The notes under the pieces are model-generated. The model was not told where the DNA came from. It saw nothing but the letters and a program-made list of their open reading frames with translations, and did not search any database. A program made the position numbers and the translations under genes. A stretch of DNA of 64,000 bases from an uncultured Planctomycetota bacterium (GTDB lineage: Bacteria > Planctomycetota > UBA1135 > GCA-002686595): the NCBI GenBank assembly GCA_903928115.1, contig CAIYPP010000074.1, forward strand, positions 1-64,000, written 5' to 3'. Positions 20,008-29,330 of the stretch are shown here, in pieces (position 1 is the stretch's first letter; each line of letters opens with the position of its first letter).

Positions 20008-20777
20008 ACGCCCATCACGTGGTATCCGGCGTCGACGTAGACGATCGAGCCGGTGATGCCGCGCGAGTGCGGGCTGCACAGGAACAGGCAGGTGTCGCCG
20101 ACCTCCTCCGAGGTCACGTTGCGGCGCAGCGGTGCGGTCTCGGCGATGTGGTCGAGCATCGAGTTGAAGCCCGAGACGCCCGCGGCGGACAGGGTGCGGA
20201 TCGGTCCGGCGCTGATCGCGTTGACACGGATTCCGCGCGGGCCGAGGTCGGCGGCGAGGTAGCGCACGCTCGCTTCGAGCGCCGCCTTGGCGATGCCCAT
20301 GACGTTGTAGTTCTTGATCACGCGCTCACCGCCCAGGTAGGTGAGCGTCACGATCGACCCCTCGCGTCCTTCCATCAGCGGCAGCGCCTTGCGCGAGATC
20401 TCGGTGAGCGAGTACGCGCTGACCTCGTGGGCGAGCATGTAGCCCTCCTTCGAGGTGTGGAAGAAGTCGCCTTCGAGCTCCTCGCGCTTGGCGAAGGCGA
20501 CGGCGTGGATGACCGAGTCGAGGCCGCCGAGCTCGGCCTTGATCGCTTCCATCACGGCGTCGATCTGGGTCGGCTGGGTCACATCGCAGGGGAGCACGAT
20601 CGAGCCGGGGAGCTCGGCGGCGAGCTCGCGCACGCTCTTCTCGAGTCGGTCGTTGGCGTAGGTCACGACGAGGCGCATGCCCGCGTCGGCCAGCGAGCGG
20701 GCGCAGCCCCAAGCGATCGAGCGCTTGTTGGCCACCCCGAAGATCACACCGGTCTTGCCATGGAGCGTCAGGCCCAT
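20004..20777 (-). CDS. fabI: Enoyl-[acyl-carrier-protein] reductase (NADH), FabI
   Basis: 257 aa. GKTGVIFGVANKRSIAWG is the FabI glycine-rich motif, and YNVMGIAKAALEASVRYLA contains the catalytic Y-x6-K. The ATG at 20777 was located by hand; the ORF-track entry has a long spurious N-terminal extension. Confidence 0.9.
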   Translation of the reverse strand: MGLTLHGKTGVIFGVANKRSIAWGCARSLADAGMRLVVTYANDRLEKSVRELAAELPGSIVLPCDVTQPTQIDAVMEAIKAELGGLDSVIHAVAFAKREELEGDFFHTSKEGYMLAHEVSAYSLTEISRKALPLMEGREGSIVTLTYLGGERVIKNYNVMGIAKAALEASVRYLAADLGPRGIRVNAISAGPIRTLSAAGVSGFNSMLDHIAETAPLRRNVTSEEVGDTCLFLCSPHSRGITGSIVYVDAGYHVMGV

Positions 20778-20993
20778 CGTGTGCGTCCGTCTTCTTTCAG
20801 GTGCGTCGAGCGCGGCCCGAGGCGGGCGCGCGGGCGGGGATGGTAGCGCCCGGGGGCCGCTGGGCAATCGCGTTGGCGCCCGATCGGGCGGCGTCGCTAG
20901 ACTTTCGCGCGCTGCGTGGCGTTCGCTGGTGAAGATCCGCGGTGCGCGCTCGTAGCTCTTTCGTCCGCGCGGCCTGCTCCCCAGCCACCCCCA

Positions 20994-21563
20994 ATGCTCA
21001 GCCTGCACTCCATCTACGTCGCGGCCGCCCTCGGCGGCTCGCTCCTGATGATCCTCCAAGTCGTGCTGGCTCTGATCGGCGGCGGCGGCGACGCGGATGT
21101 GACGCCGGACACGCACGACTTCCACGCGGAGGCCGTCGACGCGGCCCACGACGGGGCTCACGGGGCGGGCGGGCTCTCGTTCCGCACGGTGGTCGCGTTC
21201 ATCGCGTTCTTCGGCGTCGGAGGCTGGGCCTCGTCGAACGCCGGACTGCCCGCTTGGGGCAGCGTGCTCGTCGCCCTCGGCTCGGGCAGCGTGGCGTTCT
21301 GGGTCGTCGGCTTGATCATGACCCAGCTCTCGCGCCTGCGCTCGGAGGGCAACCTCGACATCCGCAACGCGCTCGGTGTCGAGGGGCGCGTGTACCTGAC
21401 CGTGCCTGCGGAGCGCACGGGCACCGGCACGGTCACCGTGCCGATTCAGGCGCGCACCATTCAGTACAAGGCCATCACCCGCGGCCGTGAGCTGAAGACG
21501 GGTTCTTTGTGCAAAGTCGTGGCCGTGGCCTCGAGCGACACGCTCGAGGTCGAAGGCCTCTGA
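20994..21563 (+). CDS. NfeD-like (YqiJ family) membrane protein, partner of flotillin
   Basis: N-terminal TM helices and a C-terminal OB-fold-like GRVYLTVPAERTGTGTVTVPIQARTIQYKAITRGRELKTGSLCKVVAV, directly upstream of a flotillin gene. Confidence 0.7.
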   Translation: MLSLHSIYVAAALGGSLLMILQVVLALIGGGGDADVTPDTHDFHAEAVDAAHDGAHGAGGLSFRTVVAFIAFFGVGGWASSNAGLPAWGSVLVALGSGSVAFWVVGLIMTQLSRLRSEGNLDIRNALGVEGRVYLTVPAERTGTGTVTVPIQARTIQYKAITRGRELKTGSLCKVVAVASSDTLEVEGL

Positions 21564-21589
21564 GCCTCGCAAGCGGAGTTTTTCACCCC

Positions 21590-23317
21590 ATGTCCCACCT
21601 GTTCGCACTCGCAGCACTCTTCCCCCAAGGCGGCGTCGACTCGCTCCTCGGCAACCCCGTCGCGATCGTCGGCGTCCTGCTGGTCCTCCTGTTCGCCTTC
21701 AGCTTCATGCTGATGCTGGTCACGCGCTATCGGCGCTGCCCGTCGAACAAGATCCTCGTGATCTACGGCAAGGTCGCGAAGGGCGAGTCCTCGCGCTGCC
21801 TCCACGGCGGTGGCTCGTTCGTGTGGCCCCTGATTCAGGCCTACGACTACCTCGACCTCGAGCCGATCCAGATCGAAGTGCCGCTCAAGGGCGCGCTCTC
21901 GGCCGAGAACATCCGCGTCAACGTGCCGAGCTACTTCACGGTGGCGATCGGCACGCAGCCCGGCGTGATGCAGAACGCCGCGATCCGCTTGCTCGGCCTC
22001 TCGACCGAGCAGATCAAGGGGCAGGCGCTCGACATCATCTTCGGTCAGCTGCGTCAGGTGATCGCCTCGATGAAGATCGAGGAGATCAACCGCGACCGCG
22101 ACGTGTTCCTGAAGAAGGTGCAGGAAAACCTCGAGCCTGAGCTCGAGAAGATCGGACTTGTCTTGATCAACGTGAACATCACGGACATCACGGACGAGTC
22201 GGGCTACATCGAGGCGCTCGGCCGCAAGGCGGCGAGTGAGGCCATTCAGCAGGCCGAGATCGACGTCGCCGAGCAGAACAAGAAGGGTGCGATCGGTGTC
22301 GCCGCGGCGGATCGCGAGCGCGAGATCGAGGTCGCCAAGGCGACCAAGCTGCGCGAGATCGGCACCAAGGAAGCGGAGCGCGACATGGCGGTCCGCGTGG
22401 CCGAGCTCCAGAAGGAGCGCGCCATCGGCGAGCAGCGGGCGAACTTCGACAAGGACACGCAGGTCAAGGAAGCCGAGCGCGAGATGGCCGTGCGCGTCGC
22501 CGAGTTCGCCAAGGAAAAGGCGATCGGCGAGCAGAGGGCGGCCTTCGAGCGCGAGTCGCAGGTCAAGGAGTCGGAGCGCGCCATGCGCGTGCAGGTCGCC
22601 AAGGCGAACGCCGAGGCCGTCTCCGGTGAAAACCTCTCGCGCGCTTTGATCGCGCAGTCCGAAGCGGAGCTGAAGGTCAAGCAGGCCGAGAGCTTCGCAC
22701 TCGGCGAGACGCGCCGCCGTCAGGCCGAGGCCGAGGTCGCGGCCGCGCAGTACCAAGCCGAAGCCGTCGCAGCCGAGGCGAACTCGAAGAAGGTCGAAGC
22801 GGAGCAGCGCGCGCTGCTCGAAGCGCCGGCCCGCGCGCAGAAGGCGCGCATCGTGGTCGAGGCCGAAGCCGAGGCGGAGCGCGTGAAGATCGAGGCCGCG
22901 GCCCGCGCGGCGGCGCTGACGCTGCAGGCCGAGGGCGAAGCGCGCGCGACCTTCCTGCGTCTCGAGGCGCAGGCGCGCGGCGAGTTCGAGATCCTCGCGC
23001 GCAAGGCCGAGGGTCTGTCCAAGCTCGTGCAGGGCTGCGGTGGCGCGAACCACGCCTTCCAGCTGCTCATGCTCGAGCACCTCGACCACCTCGCGGAGAC
23101 GAGCGCCAAGGCGATCTCGAACATCAAGTTCGACAAGATCACCGTGTGGGACTCGGGGAACGGCGAGGGCAAAGGCGGAGCCGCGGGCTTTCTCTCCAGC
23201 CTCGGCCACGCCGTTCCGCCGCTGATGAACGTGATGAAGTCGGTCGGCGGCGTCGAGATGCCCGAGTACCTCGGCAAGCTCGCGGCCCCCGAGGCCGACG
23301 CGGGCACGAAGAAGTAG
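21590..23317 (+). CDS. Flotillin (SPFH / band-7 family, YqiK/FloA-like)
   Basis: N-terminal TM segment, an SPFH domain, then a long Ala/Glu-rich coiled coil with internal repeats. Start reassigned to MSHLFAL at 21590. Confidence 0.85.
   Translation: MSHLFALAALFPQGGVDSLLGNPVAIVGVLLVLLFAFSFMLMLVTRYRRCPSNKILVIYGKVAKGESSRCLHGGGSFVWPLIQAYDYLDLEPIQIEVPLKGALSAENIRVNVPSYFTVAIGTQPGVMQNAAIRLLGLSTEQIKGQALDIIFGQLRQVIASMKIEEINRDRDVFLKKVQENLEPELEKIGLVLINVNITDITDESGYIEALGRKAASEAIQQAEIDVAEQNKKGAIGVAAADREREIEVAKATKLREIGTKEAERDMAVRVAELQKERAIGEQRANFDKDTQVKEAEREMAVRVAEFAKEKAIGEQRAAFERESQVKESERAMRVQVAKANAEAVSGENLSRALIAQSEAELKVKQAESFALGETRRRQAEAEVAAAQYQAEAVAAEANSKKVEAEQRALLEAPARAQKARIVVEAEAEAERVKIEAAARAAALTLQAEGEARATFLRLEAQARGEFEILARKAEGLSKLVQGCGGANHAFQLLMLEHLDHLAETSAKAISNIKFDKITVWDSGNGEGKGGAAGFLSSLGHAVPPLMNVMKSVGGVEMPEYLGKLAAPEADAGTKK
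22364..22606 (+). repeat. In-frame tandem repeat (99-nt unit, about 2.4 copies) inside the flotillin coiled-coil region
   Basis: Units TKEAERDMAVRVAELQKERAIGEQRANFDKDTQ and VKEAEREMAVRVAEFAKEKAIGEQRAAFERESQ, plus a partial third (VKESERAMRVQVAKA). Confidence 0.7.
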
Positions 23318-23356
23318 CGCTCGCGCGCATCGCGGAGTCCCAGCAACTCCCATCAC

Positions 23357-23400
23357 GACGGGTCTCGCGCCACTCGCGCGGGGCCCGTCGCTCTTTCTTG
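23357..23400 (+). terminator. Candidate intrinsic terminator downstream of the flotillin gene
   Basis: Stem GACGGG ... CCCGTC enclosing a GC-rich inner palindrome, followed by GCTCTTTCTT. Confidence 0.4.
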
Positions 23401-23826
23401 CGCTTGCTCTCGTGGGGCGATTCTCTTCGCCCGGTTTCTCGATCTCTCCGCGATGCGGGACCGTAGGAGGGAACTGAGTAGGGAAGGAGACGGCATCGGA
23501 GTCGGCGAGGGGTGGAGTGGGAGTCTCCAGCGTCGTTGCGCGGTGCTGCTCTCGGGGGGGGCGTCGCTCACGCAGGAGTGACTGCGCGCGCGAAAGTGGG
23601 GGATTCTGGGCCGCTGCGGGTGCACGAGCGGGAGCCCATCGAAACTCTAGCTTTGAATATAAACGATTGTTGCTAAACGATTTATGGAGGAGATCATCGG
23701 CCCGCTGGGGGTGGATTCTTCCGCGCAGGCTCTGGCGGGGCGGGCGTGGGCTAAGGAAAACGACTCGGGTCCGGCGGGGCGGCGAGCGACCGACCTGCGG
23801 AGTCTCGACCAAGGAGGACCGAATCG

Positions 23827-24510
23827 ATGGGCTCGACATCGAAGCAGTCAGCGAAGTCCGCGGCGGAATCGGCGGCGCCCGAGGTGGCGACGCTGCGCGC
23901 CCCGCGTGGAGAGCACGCACGTCCTACGGCGTGGGTGATCGAAGATGGGCGGCGCTCGGGACGCAGCGAGCGTGCGAATTGGCGCGCGCTGCTCGCGGCG
24001 GCGAGCCCGCGCGAAGTCCTCGCGAGATTGGTCGCGGGAGATCCGCTGGAGCTGCGCACGCTCGTCGCAGCGGTTCTGTCCGAGCAGGGGTTGTTCCTCG
24101 ATCCGGATCGCGCCTTCTTGCGCTCTGCGGCGCACGTCGCGCGATTTGCGCAGCGCTATCGCGGACAGCCAGAGCTCGACCTGTGGCTGCGCTCCCGCGT
24201 GCTCGACGCACTGTTCGAGCTCGTCGAGGAAGAGCGCGAGTGCGCGACGACCGAGGAGTCGGGCAGTCCGGCGTTGACGGAGTTCGCGCAGAAGCTCGGT
24301 CTGAGACCGTCGGCGCTTTCTCGGGCCTGCGTGGCGCTCAACGCGTGCGAGCTCGCAGAGCGTCGCGCGTTTCGGGCCCTGGTGATCGAGTCGCGCGAGC
24401 TCGACGACGCGGCGCGAGCGCTCTCGATGACGCCGACGGAGCTCGGGCGCGCGGCACGTCGAGCGCTGGAGTCCGCTTTGGCGGCGCTTGCCACGGAGGC
24501 ACGGCCATGA
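23827..24510 (+). CDS. Hypothetical protein with a C-terminal sigma-70 region-4-like helix-turn-helix
   Basis: Strong SD (AAGGAGGA) 7 nt upstream, high GC3. C-terminal ELDDAARALSMTPTELGRAARRALESAL resembles a sigma region-4 HTH. The stop overlaps the next start (ATGA). Confidence 0.55.
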   Translation: MGSTSKQSAKSAAESAAPEVATLRAPRGEHARPTAWVIEDGRRSGRSERANWRALLAAASPREVLARLVAGDPLELRTLVAAVLSEQGLFLDPDRAFLRSAAHVARFAQRYRGQPELDLWLRSRVLDALFELVEEERECATTEESGSPALTEFAQKLGLRPSALSRACVALNACELAERRAFRALVIESRELDDAARALSMTPTELGRAARRALESALAALATEARP

Positions 24511-25118
24511 GCTCGCCGCAGTTGCTGGAGCAGCTCGTGTGCGAGCTGGCCCCGCACGCCCTGCGCGTGGCGTCGGTTCTTCCGCGCCGCACGGAGCTTC
24601 TGTGCGCGGACTTGCTCGACGAAGTCCGCTCGAATCCGCGCGTGCAGCGCGCCCAGTCGGAGCTGCTCGCGGTTCACGCCGCCGAGCTCGCGCACTGGCT
24701 CGCGCGCGCGTCGCAGCTCGCGCTTCGGACGCCCCATGTCGCCGCGGAAGAACTGGCGGCTCTGCGCACGGCTCTTCACGAGGAATTCGCGGCACTTCAC
24801 GCCGACGGGCTGTATGCCGCGGCCGCGCTGCGGCGTGCGCTGGAGCTCTGCACGAGCGAGCCGATCGCGCAGTGGGAGTCGCCCCTGCGTCTGGCCGAGC
24901 TCGCCTTCGCGCTGCGCGGCGGCGAGGCGGAGCGCGCGGCCTTGGTCGCGGCGCTCGTCGCCGAGCGTGACCTGCGCGCGGCTGCCGCGGTCGCGCTGCT
25001 GGCGCTGGAGCGAGCGCGCCCGGCCCACTCGCGCCGGCGCTGGATCCAGCGCGTCGCGGCGTGTCTCGCGGGCTGGGGAGACGAATCAAGGGCTCGCGCG
25101 CTGCGCGAGTGCGCCTGA
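24507..25118 (+). CDS. Hypothetical protein
   Basis: Translationally coupled to the upstream gene, high GC3, helical and Ala/Leu-rich. No family recognised. Confidence 0.5.
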   Translation: MSSPQLLEQLVCELAPHALRVASVLPRRTELLCADLLDEVRSNPRVQRAQSELLAVHAAELAHWLARASQLALRTPHVAAEELAALRTALHEEFAALHADGLYAAAALRRALELCTSEPIAQWESPLRLAELAFALRGGEAERAALVAALVAERDLRAAAAVALLALERARPAHSRRRWIQRVAACLAGWGDESRARALRECA

Positions 25119-25132
25119 GCGGAGGGACACGG

Positions 25133-27766
25133 ATGCTCGCACCGGATCCGATCTCCCTGCTGCTTCCCGAAGTCGACGAGCGCCGCCGCGCCGAGGCACG
25201 CTCGCTGGTCACGTGCCTGCGGCTCCTTGTCGACTCGGGTCGAGCCGGAACCGCGGGCGTCGTCGGACTCTCGCTCGATCGCGCTCGCTCGGAGCTCGAT
25301 GCGCAGGCGCGGCGTCGGCTGCAGCGTGCGTTGCTCGACCTCGTGCGTCACGGACTGAGGCATGCCCACTCCGCGACGAGCTTCTGCGAGTGCGGAGAGC
25401 CGGAGCTGGAGCGACAGCGCGCTTGGGGCGTGCTCGAGGAGCACCGCGATGAGCTCCCTTGGCTTCCCGAGGTGCCCGACTTCGACGAGAGCGCCGCGCA
25501 GACCCTCACCCGCCTGCTCGAGGCTGCCGAGCGGCTAGGAGTGAGCGTGTCCGAGGCGCGGGTGTGGAGGGCGAGGCTCGCGCGCTTTGTCGGCGGGCTC
25601 GACGCCTCCGAGCGTGCGTGGCGGGAACTGCTCGTCGCGCCGGCGGATCCGAGCATCGCACCGGCGCTGCTGCGCGAGGCACTCGCCGGGCTGTGCGAGA
25701 CCCTGCTCGATCGCGGTGCCGTGCGCACAGCGGTGCACGAGCTCGAGTCGCGCGCGGAACTGTGTGCGGGGGACGAGCGCCTGGCGCGATTGTCGGTCTG
25801 GGCGCGCACCTGCCTTGGGGAAGAGGTCGCGCCCGTCGCGACGCAGACCCTCGTGCGTGTTCCCACCGCGCTCGCGGAGCTGCGTTCGGCGCGGCCCGAC
25901 TGGCTGGCGCGTCTCGCCGGCCGCGTGGCGGGAGGACGCGAGACGGCGGGCGAGCTCGGCTCCGCACGAAGTGCGCGCGAGTTGCGTCGACTCTCCGGCG
26001 CCGTGCTCGTGGCGGTCTTCGACCTGCGGGAAGGTGGCGCCGCGGAGCTCGCGCAGATCGATGTCGCGCCGGCTCTGCGCGAGCGGGTGGACGACTGGCG
26101 TCGCGGTCTCGAAGGTTCCTGCGGCGAGGTCGGTTCACCGGAGAACGACTTGGTGGTGCGCGCCGAGGTGGTGGTCGTCCACCGCTCAGCCCCGGGCGCG
26201 GGCAGGGAAGCCCACGCGAGCGCACTGCGTCGTGCGATCTCGACGAACGTGCGCGCACTCGCCTTCGCGCCACTGCGCGATGCTGCGAACGAAGTGCAAG
26301 GCTGGGTGCGCTTCGAGTTCGAGCACCACCTCGTTCCGGCGCGCGTCGTGTTGGAACGCATCGGCGCTTCTCTGGTGGCCGATGCGGATCCTGGGTTGGT
26401 CGAGCCGCGCACGCACGGAAGCGAGCCGCACGATCGCGAAGGTGCGCACTTGGCCGGCGACGGGGCGTGTGCCGAGGCCTTGCGAGCGCTCGTCGGGGAA
26501 CTCGCGATGAAGACCGCCCAGCGCCGATGGTGGGCTTTCGAGCTCGATGGCGAGTCGCTGCGGGCGACCTGCGAAGGCGGCGCGGACTTGGGAGCGCAGC
26601 GCGGCGGCGCGCGAGCCCTCGTGCGCGCGCGCAAGACCGCGGCGCTCGTGCGCTGGAGCGAGCCTACGCCGGAACTCTCGCTCGCAGCCCAGTCCGCGTC
26701 GGGCGTGGTCTTGCCGATTCGCTCGGTCGGCGCGCTGTGCGGATTTCTCGTCGTCGAGTCCCTGCGCCGCAACGACTTTCCCGACGCGCTCACGGAGCGC
26801 TGGGCCGAGCGTGCGTTCAACTGGACCGCGCTGCGCATCGCGCGCTTCCGTGACTGGCACCGCGCGCAGCACGGCTTCGATGTCTACTTTGCACCGGAGA
26901 GTGGCGGTCTGGGCTGGGTCGAGTCGGTCTTTGCCGCGGCGCGCTCGCTGGCGCCCTGTGCGCTCTCGGGGGCTCCCGGCAGCGGCCGAAGCGTGGTGGC
27001 GCGCTGGCTGCAGTTCGAAGGAGCGCGCGCGCTGGCGCCGATCGTCGCGGGCTCGGCGCTGTCGTTGGGGCGCTCGCCTCGGGACGTGCAGGCCCTCGAG
27101 GCGCGTGCGCGCGGAGGCGTCGTGGTCCTCGCGGATGTCGAGGGCTGCGAGCCCGCAGCGCAGCTCGCGTTGCTCGATCTGTGGGAGACGCGCCGCGAGG
27201 CACGCTGGATCCTGACGCTCTCCGATGCGCCGAGCGCGTTGGCGGCGAGTGGGGCGCTCCGTCCCGAGCTCGCGCGACGACTGGAGCGGCTGCACCTGCG
27301 CGTTCCTCCGCTCTCGGAGCGGCGAGTCGAGCTGCCGCGGCTCGTGCACGCGATTCTGCGACGCTGCGCGACCGACGAGGGCGTGGCGATGCCCACGCTC
27401 GAAGACGAGGCGCTCGCGCTCCTGTGGCGCCAGCCTTGGTGCGGCAACGTTCGCGAGCTCGAGAACTTGCTCTTCAAGCTGGTGCTCGCGCACCCCGGGC
27501 GCAGTGTGGGGCGCGAGGAGGTCGAGCGGGTTGCGAAGCGCTCGGGCCTCGAGCTCCTGAGGCGCGCGAGCTCGCGACAGCCCGATCCCGAGCTCGTTCG
27601 CGCAGCGCTCGCCACGACGGCCAACCTGCGAGGGACCATCAACAAGACCCGCGCCTCGCTCTACCTCGGCTGGGACCCCGACACGTTGGTCAGCCGGATG
27701 GCGGAGCTGTCGTGCGGTGCGTCCGCTCAAGTCGCCGAGGCGCCCCTGCCGCCGGACGAGTCCTAA
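25133..27766 (+). CDS. Sigma-54 activator (bEBP)-like regulator with degenerate AAA+ motifs and a C-terminal Fis-type HTH
   Basis: About 877 aa. The Walker A is GAPGSGRS (K replaced by R). The sensor II / arginine-finger region WCGNVRELENLLFKL is present. No GAFTGA loop was found. The C-terminal NKTRASLYLGWDPDTLVSRMAEL is an HTH_8 (Fis) motif, and the long N-terminal region looks GAF-like. Confidence 0.65.
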   Translation: MLAPDPISLLLPEVDERRRAEARSLVTCLRLLVDSGRAGTAGVVGLSLDRARSELDAQARRRLQRALLDLVRHGLRHAHSATSFCECGEPELERQRAWGVLEEHRDELPWLPEVPDFDESAAQTLTRLLEAAERLGVSVSEARVWRARLARFVGGLDASERAWRELLVAPADPSIAPALLREALAGLCETLLDRGAVRTAVHELESRAELCAGDERLARLSVWARTCLGEEVAPVATQTLVRVPTALAELRSARPDWLARLAGRVAGGRETAGELGSARSARELRRLSGAVLVAVFDLREGGAAELAQIDVAPALRERVDDWRRGLEGSCGEVGSPENDLVVRAEVVVVHRSAPGAGREAHASALRRAISTNVRALAFAPLRDAANEVQGWVRFEFEHHLVPARVVLERIGASLVADADPGLVEPRTHGSEPHDREGAHLAGDGACAEALRALVGELAMKTAQRRWWAFELDGESLRATCEGGADLGAQRGGARALVRARKTAALVRWSEPTPELSLAAQSASGVVLPIRSVGALCGFLVVESLRRNDFPDALTERWAERAFNWTALRIARFRDWHRAQHGFDVYFAPESGGLGWVESVFAAARSLAPCALSGAPGSGRSVVARWLQFEGARALAPIVAGSALSLGRSPRDVQALEARARGGVVVLADVEGCEPAAQLALLDLWETRREARWILTLSDAPSALAASGALRPELARRLERLHLRVPPLSERRVELPRLVHAILRRCATDEGVAMPTLEDEALALLWRQPWCGNVRELENLLFKLVLAHPGRSVGREEVERVAKRSGLELLRRASSRQPDPELVRAALATTANLRGTINKTRASLYLGWDPDTLVSRMAELSCGASAQVAEAPLPPDES

Positions 27767-28006
27767 GGCTGGTCGCGCCCTCGCCCAGTGCCCCTGCGGG
27801 ACGGGCGGGCCTCGCGGCTGTGGGGGAGGTCCCCGGGAAAGAGATCGGGGAGCCCGCTCGAAAGAACGGGCTCCCCAAGTGCTTCCCAGGGGGGAAGTAC
27901 CCGCCGACCTCCATGGCCCCCCCGGGCATGGCTGTCAGTGGGCGAGGCTTTCACCTCGCTCCCTTGTATACGGCAGTTCGGGCGCCGTTCCTTAGGGAAA
28001 GTCGAA

Positions 28007-28032
28007 AAAATGTTTCAAAGCGGCAACATTTT
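28007..28032. promoter_or_regulatory. AT-rich inverted repeat (AAAATGTT-N10-AACATTTT) in the long gap upstream of queA
   Basis: Perfect 8-bp arms. It lies in a 490-bp stretch of atypically low GC for this genome. Confidence 0.3.
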
Positions 28033-28259
28033 AGAAATCGATGGTGCTCAGAAAGCGGAAAGCGGCCTTCCTGATGCCTAGGACGGTCCTTCCAAGCTCG
28101 ATCGGCATGTTTCAATCGTGCCGAAAGTGAAACGCTCTGGGCGCGAACTGGCCCTACGGGACCCGCCGCTTGCCCCAGTCCCCATGGACTGATACTCCAA
28201 CGGCCCGGCTGGGCCTCCGAGGAGGTCGGCCGTGCGAACCGCGGCCCTCGGCCCCCACC

Positions 28260-29330
28260 ATGAAGCTCTCGGACTTCGACTACGACCTGCCCGAGAGCCT
28301 GATCGCGCAGGCCCCCGTCGAGCCCCGCGACAGCGCTCGGCTCCTGCACCACGACATCGGCCGCGATGCGACGGCGCACCGCTCCGTCCGCGATCTGCCC
28401 GAGCTGCTCGCGCCCGGGGACCTCTTGGTGGTCAACGACACCAAGGTGCGCCGCGCGAGGCTCGTCGGACGCCGCGCGAGCGGGGGAGCGGTCGAGATGC
28501 TGCTCGCCGAGCTCCGTCCGGACCTGCGCTGGCGCGCGCTCGTGCGACCGGCCGCCAAGCTGCGCGAGGGCGAGCGCGTCGAGTTGGAGGACGGACGGCT
28601 CCTCGCGGTCATCGGCGAACGCGGAACCGAGGGCGGCGAGCGCGCCGTGAGCCTCTTGGACCCCGCGACCGGCGAGCGCGCGAGCGAGGAGCTCGTCGAG
28701 TCCGTTGGCCGCGCTCCGCTGCCGCCCTACATCCGTCGCCCACGCGGCGCAGACGAGGCCCTCGAGCGCGACCGGTCGTCGTACCAGACGGTGTTCGCGC
28801 GCGAGCTCGGTGCCGTCGCGGCTCCGACGGCGGGTCTTCACTTTACTCCGCAGCTCCTCGAGCGCCTTGCGCAGCGCGGCGTCGAGCGCACGTGCGTGAC
28901 GCTCCACGTGGGCGAAGGCACGTTCAAGGGCGTCTCGACCGAGGACGTTTCGCAGCACGTGATGCACTCGGAGCGCTACGAACTCTCGCAGGCGACCGTG
29001 GACGCCATCGAGCGCTGCCGCGCGCGCGGCGGGCGCGTGGTCGCGGTGGGGACCACCAGCGTGCGCGTGCTCGAGAGCTGCGCGGCTGCGACAGGGCGGC
29101 TCGTCGCGGGGCGCGGCGAGACGCGGCTGTTCCTCGTCCCCGGTGCACCCTTTCACGTCGTCGACGCGCTGATGACGAACTTCCACCTCCCGAAGAGCAC
29201 GCTGGTGATGCTCGTCAGCGCCTTCGCGGGCCGCGAGCGAACGCTGCGCCTGTACGCGGAGGCGGTGGAGCAGCGCTATCGCTTCTTCAGCTACGGCGAT
29301 GCGATGCTGCTCACGAATCGAGCGCGCTGA
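28260..29330 (+). CDS. queA: S-adenosylmethionine:tRNA ribosyltransferase-isomerase QueA
   Basis: MKLSDFDYDLPESLIAQ is the canonical QueA N-terminus. VAVGTTSVRVLE and HLPKSTLVMLVSAF are conserved blocks. Confidence 0.9.
   Translation: MKLSDFDYDLPESLIAQAPVEPRDSARLLHHDIGRDATAHRSVRDLPELLAPGDLLVVNDTKVRRARLVGRRASGGAVEMLLAELRPDLRWRALVRPAAKLREGERVELEDGRLLAVIGERGTEGGERAVSLLDPATGERASEELVESVGRAPLPPYIRRPRGADEALERDRSSYQTVFARELGAVAAPTAGLHFTPQLLERLAQRGVERTCVTLHVGEGTFKGVSTEDVSQHVMHSERYELSQATVDAIERCRARGGRVVAVGTTSVRVLESCAAATGRLVAGRGETRLFLVPGAPFHVVDALMTNFHLPKSTLVMLVSAFAGRERTLRLYAEAVEQRYRFFSYGDAMLLTNRAR

Noticed and set aside
23517-23826. N-terminal part of the 533-aa ORF 23517..25118
   Set aside because: The real genes are 23827..24510 (strong SD, different frame) and 24507..25118. 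The upstream 300 nt of that frame lacks codon bias and would start inside the AT-rich leader.
27790-27880. Possible RNase P RNA / 6S-like element, because of GGGAAAG and a GC hairpin
   Set aside because: The P4 consensus (AGGAAAGUCCGGGCUCC ... ACAGAACCCGGCUUA) is not present. There is only a short chance match, so it is left as an unexplained structured intergenic region.
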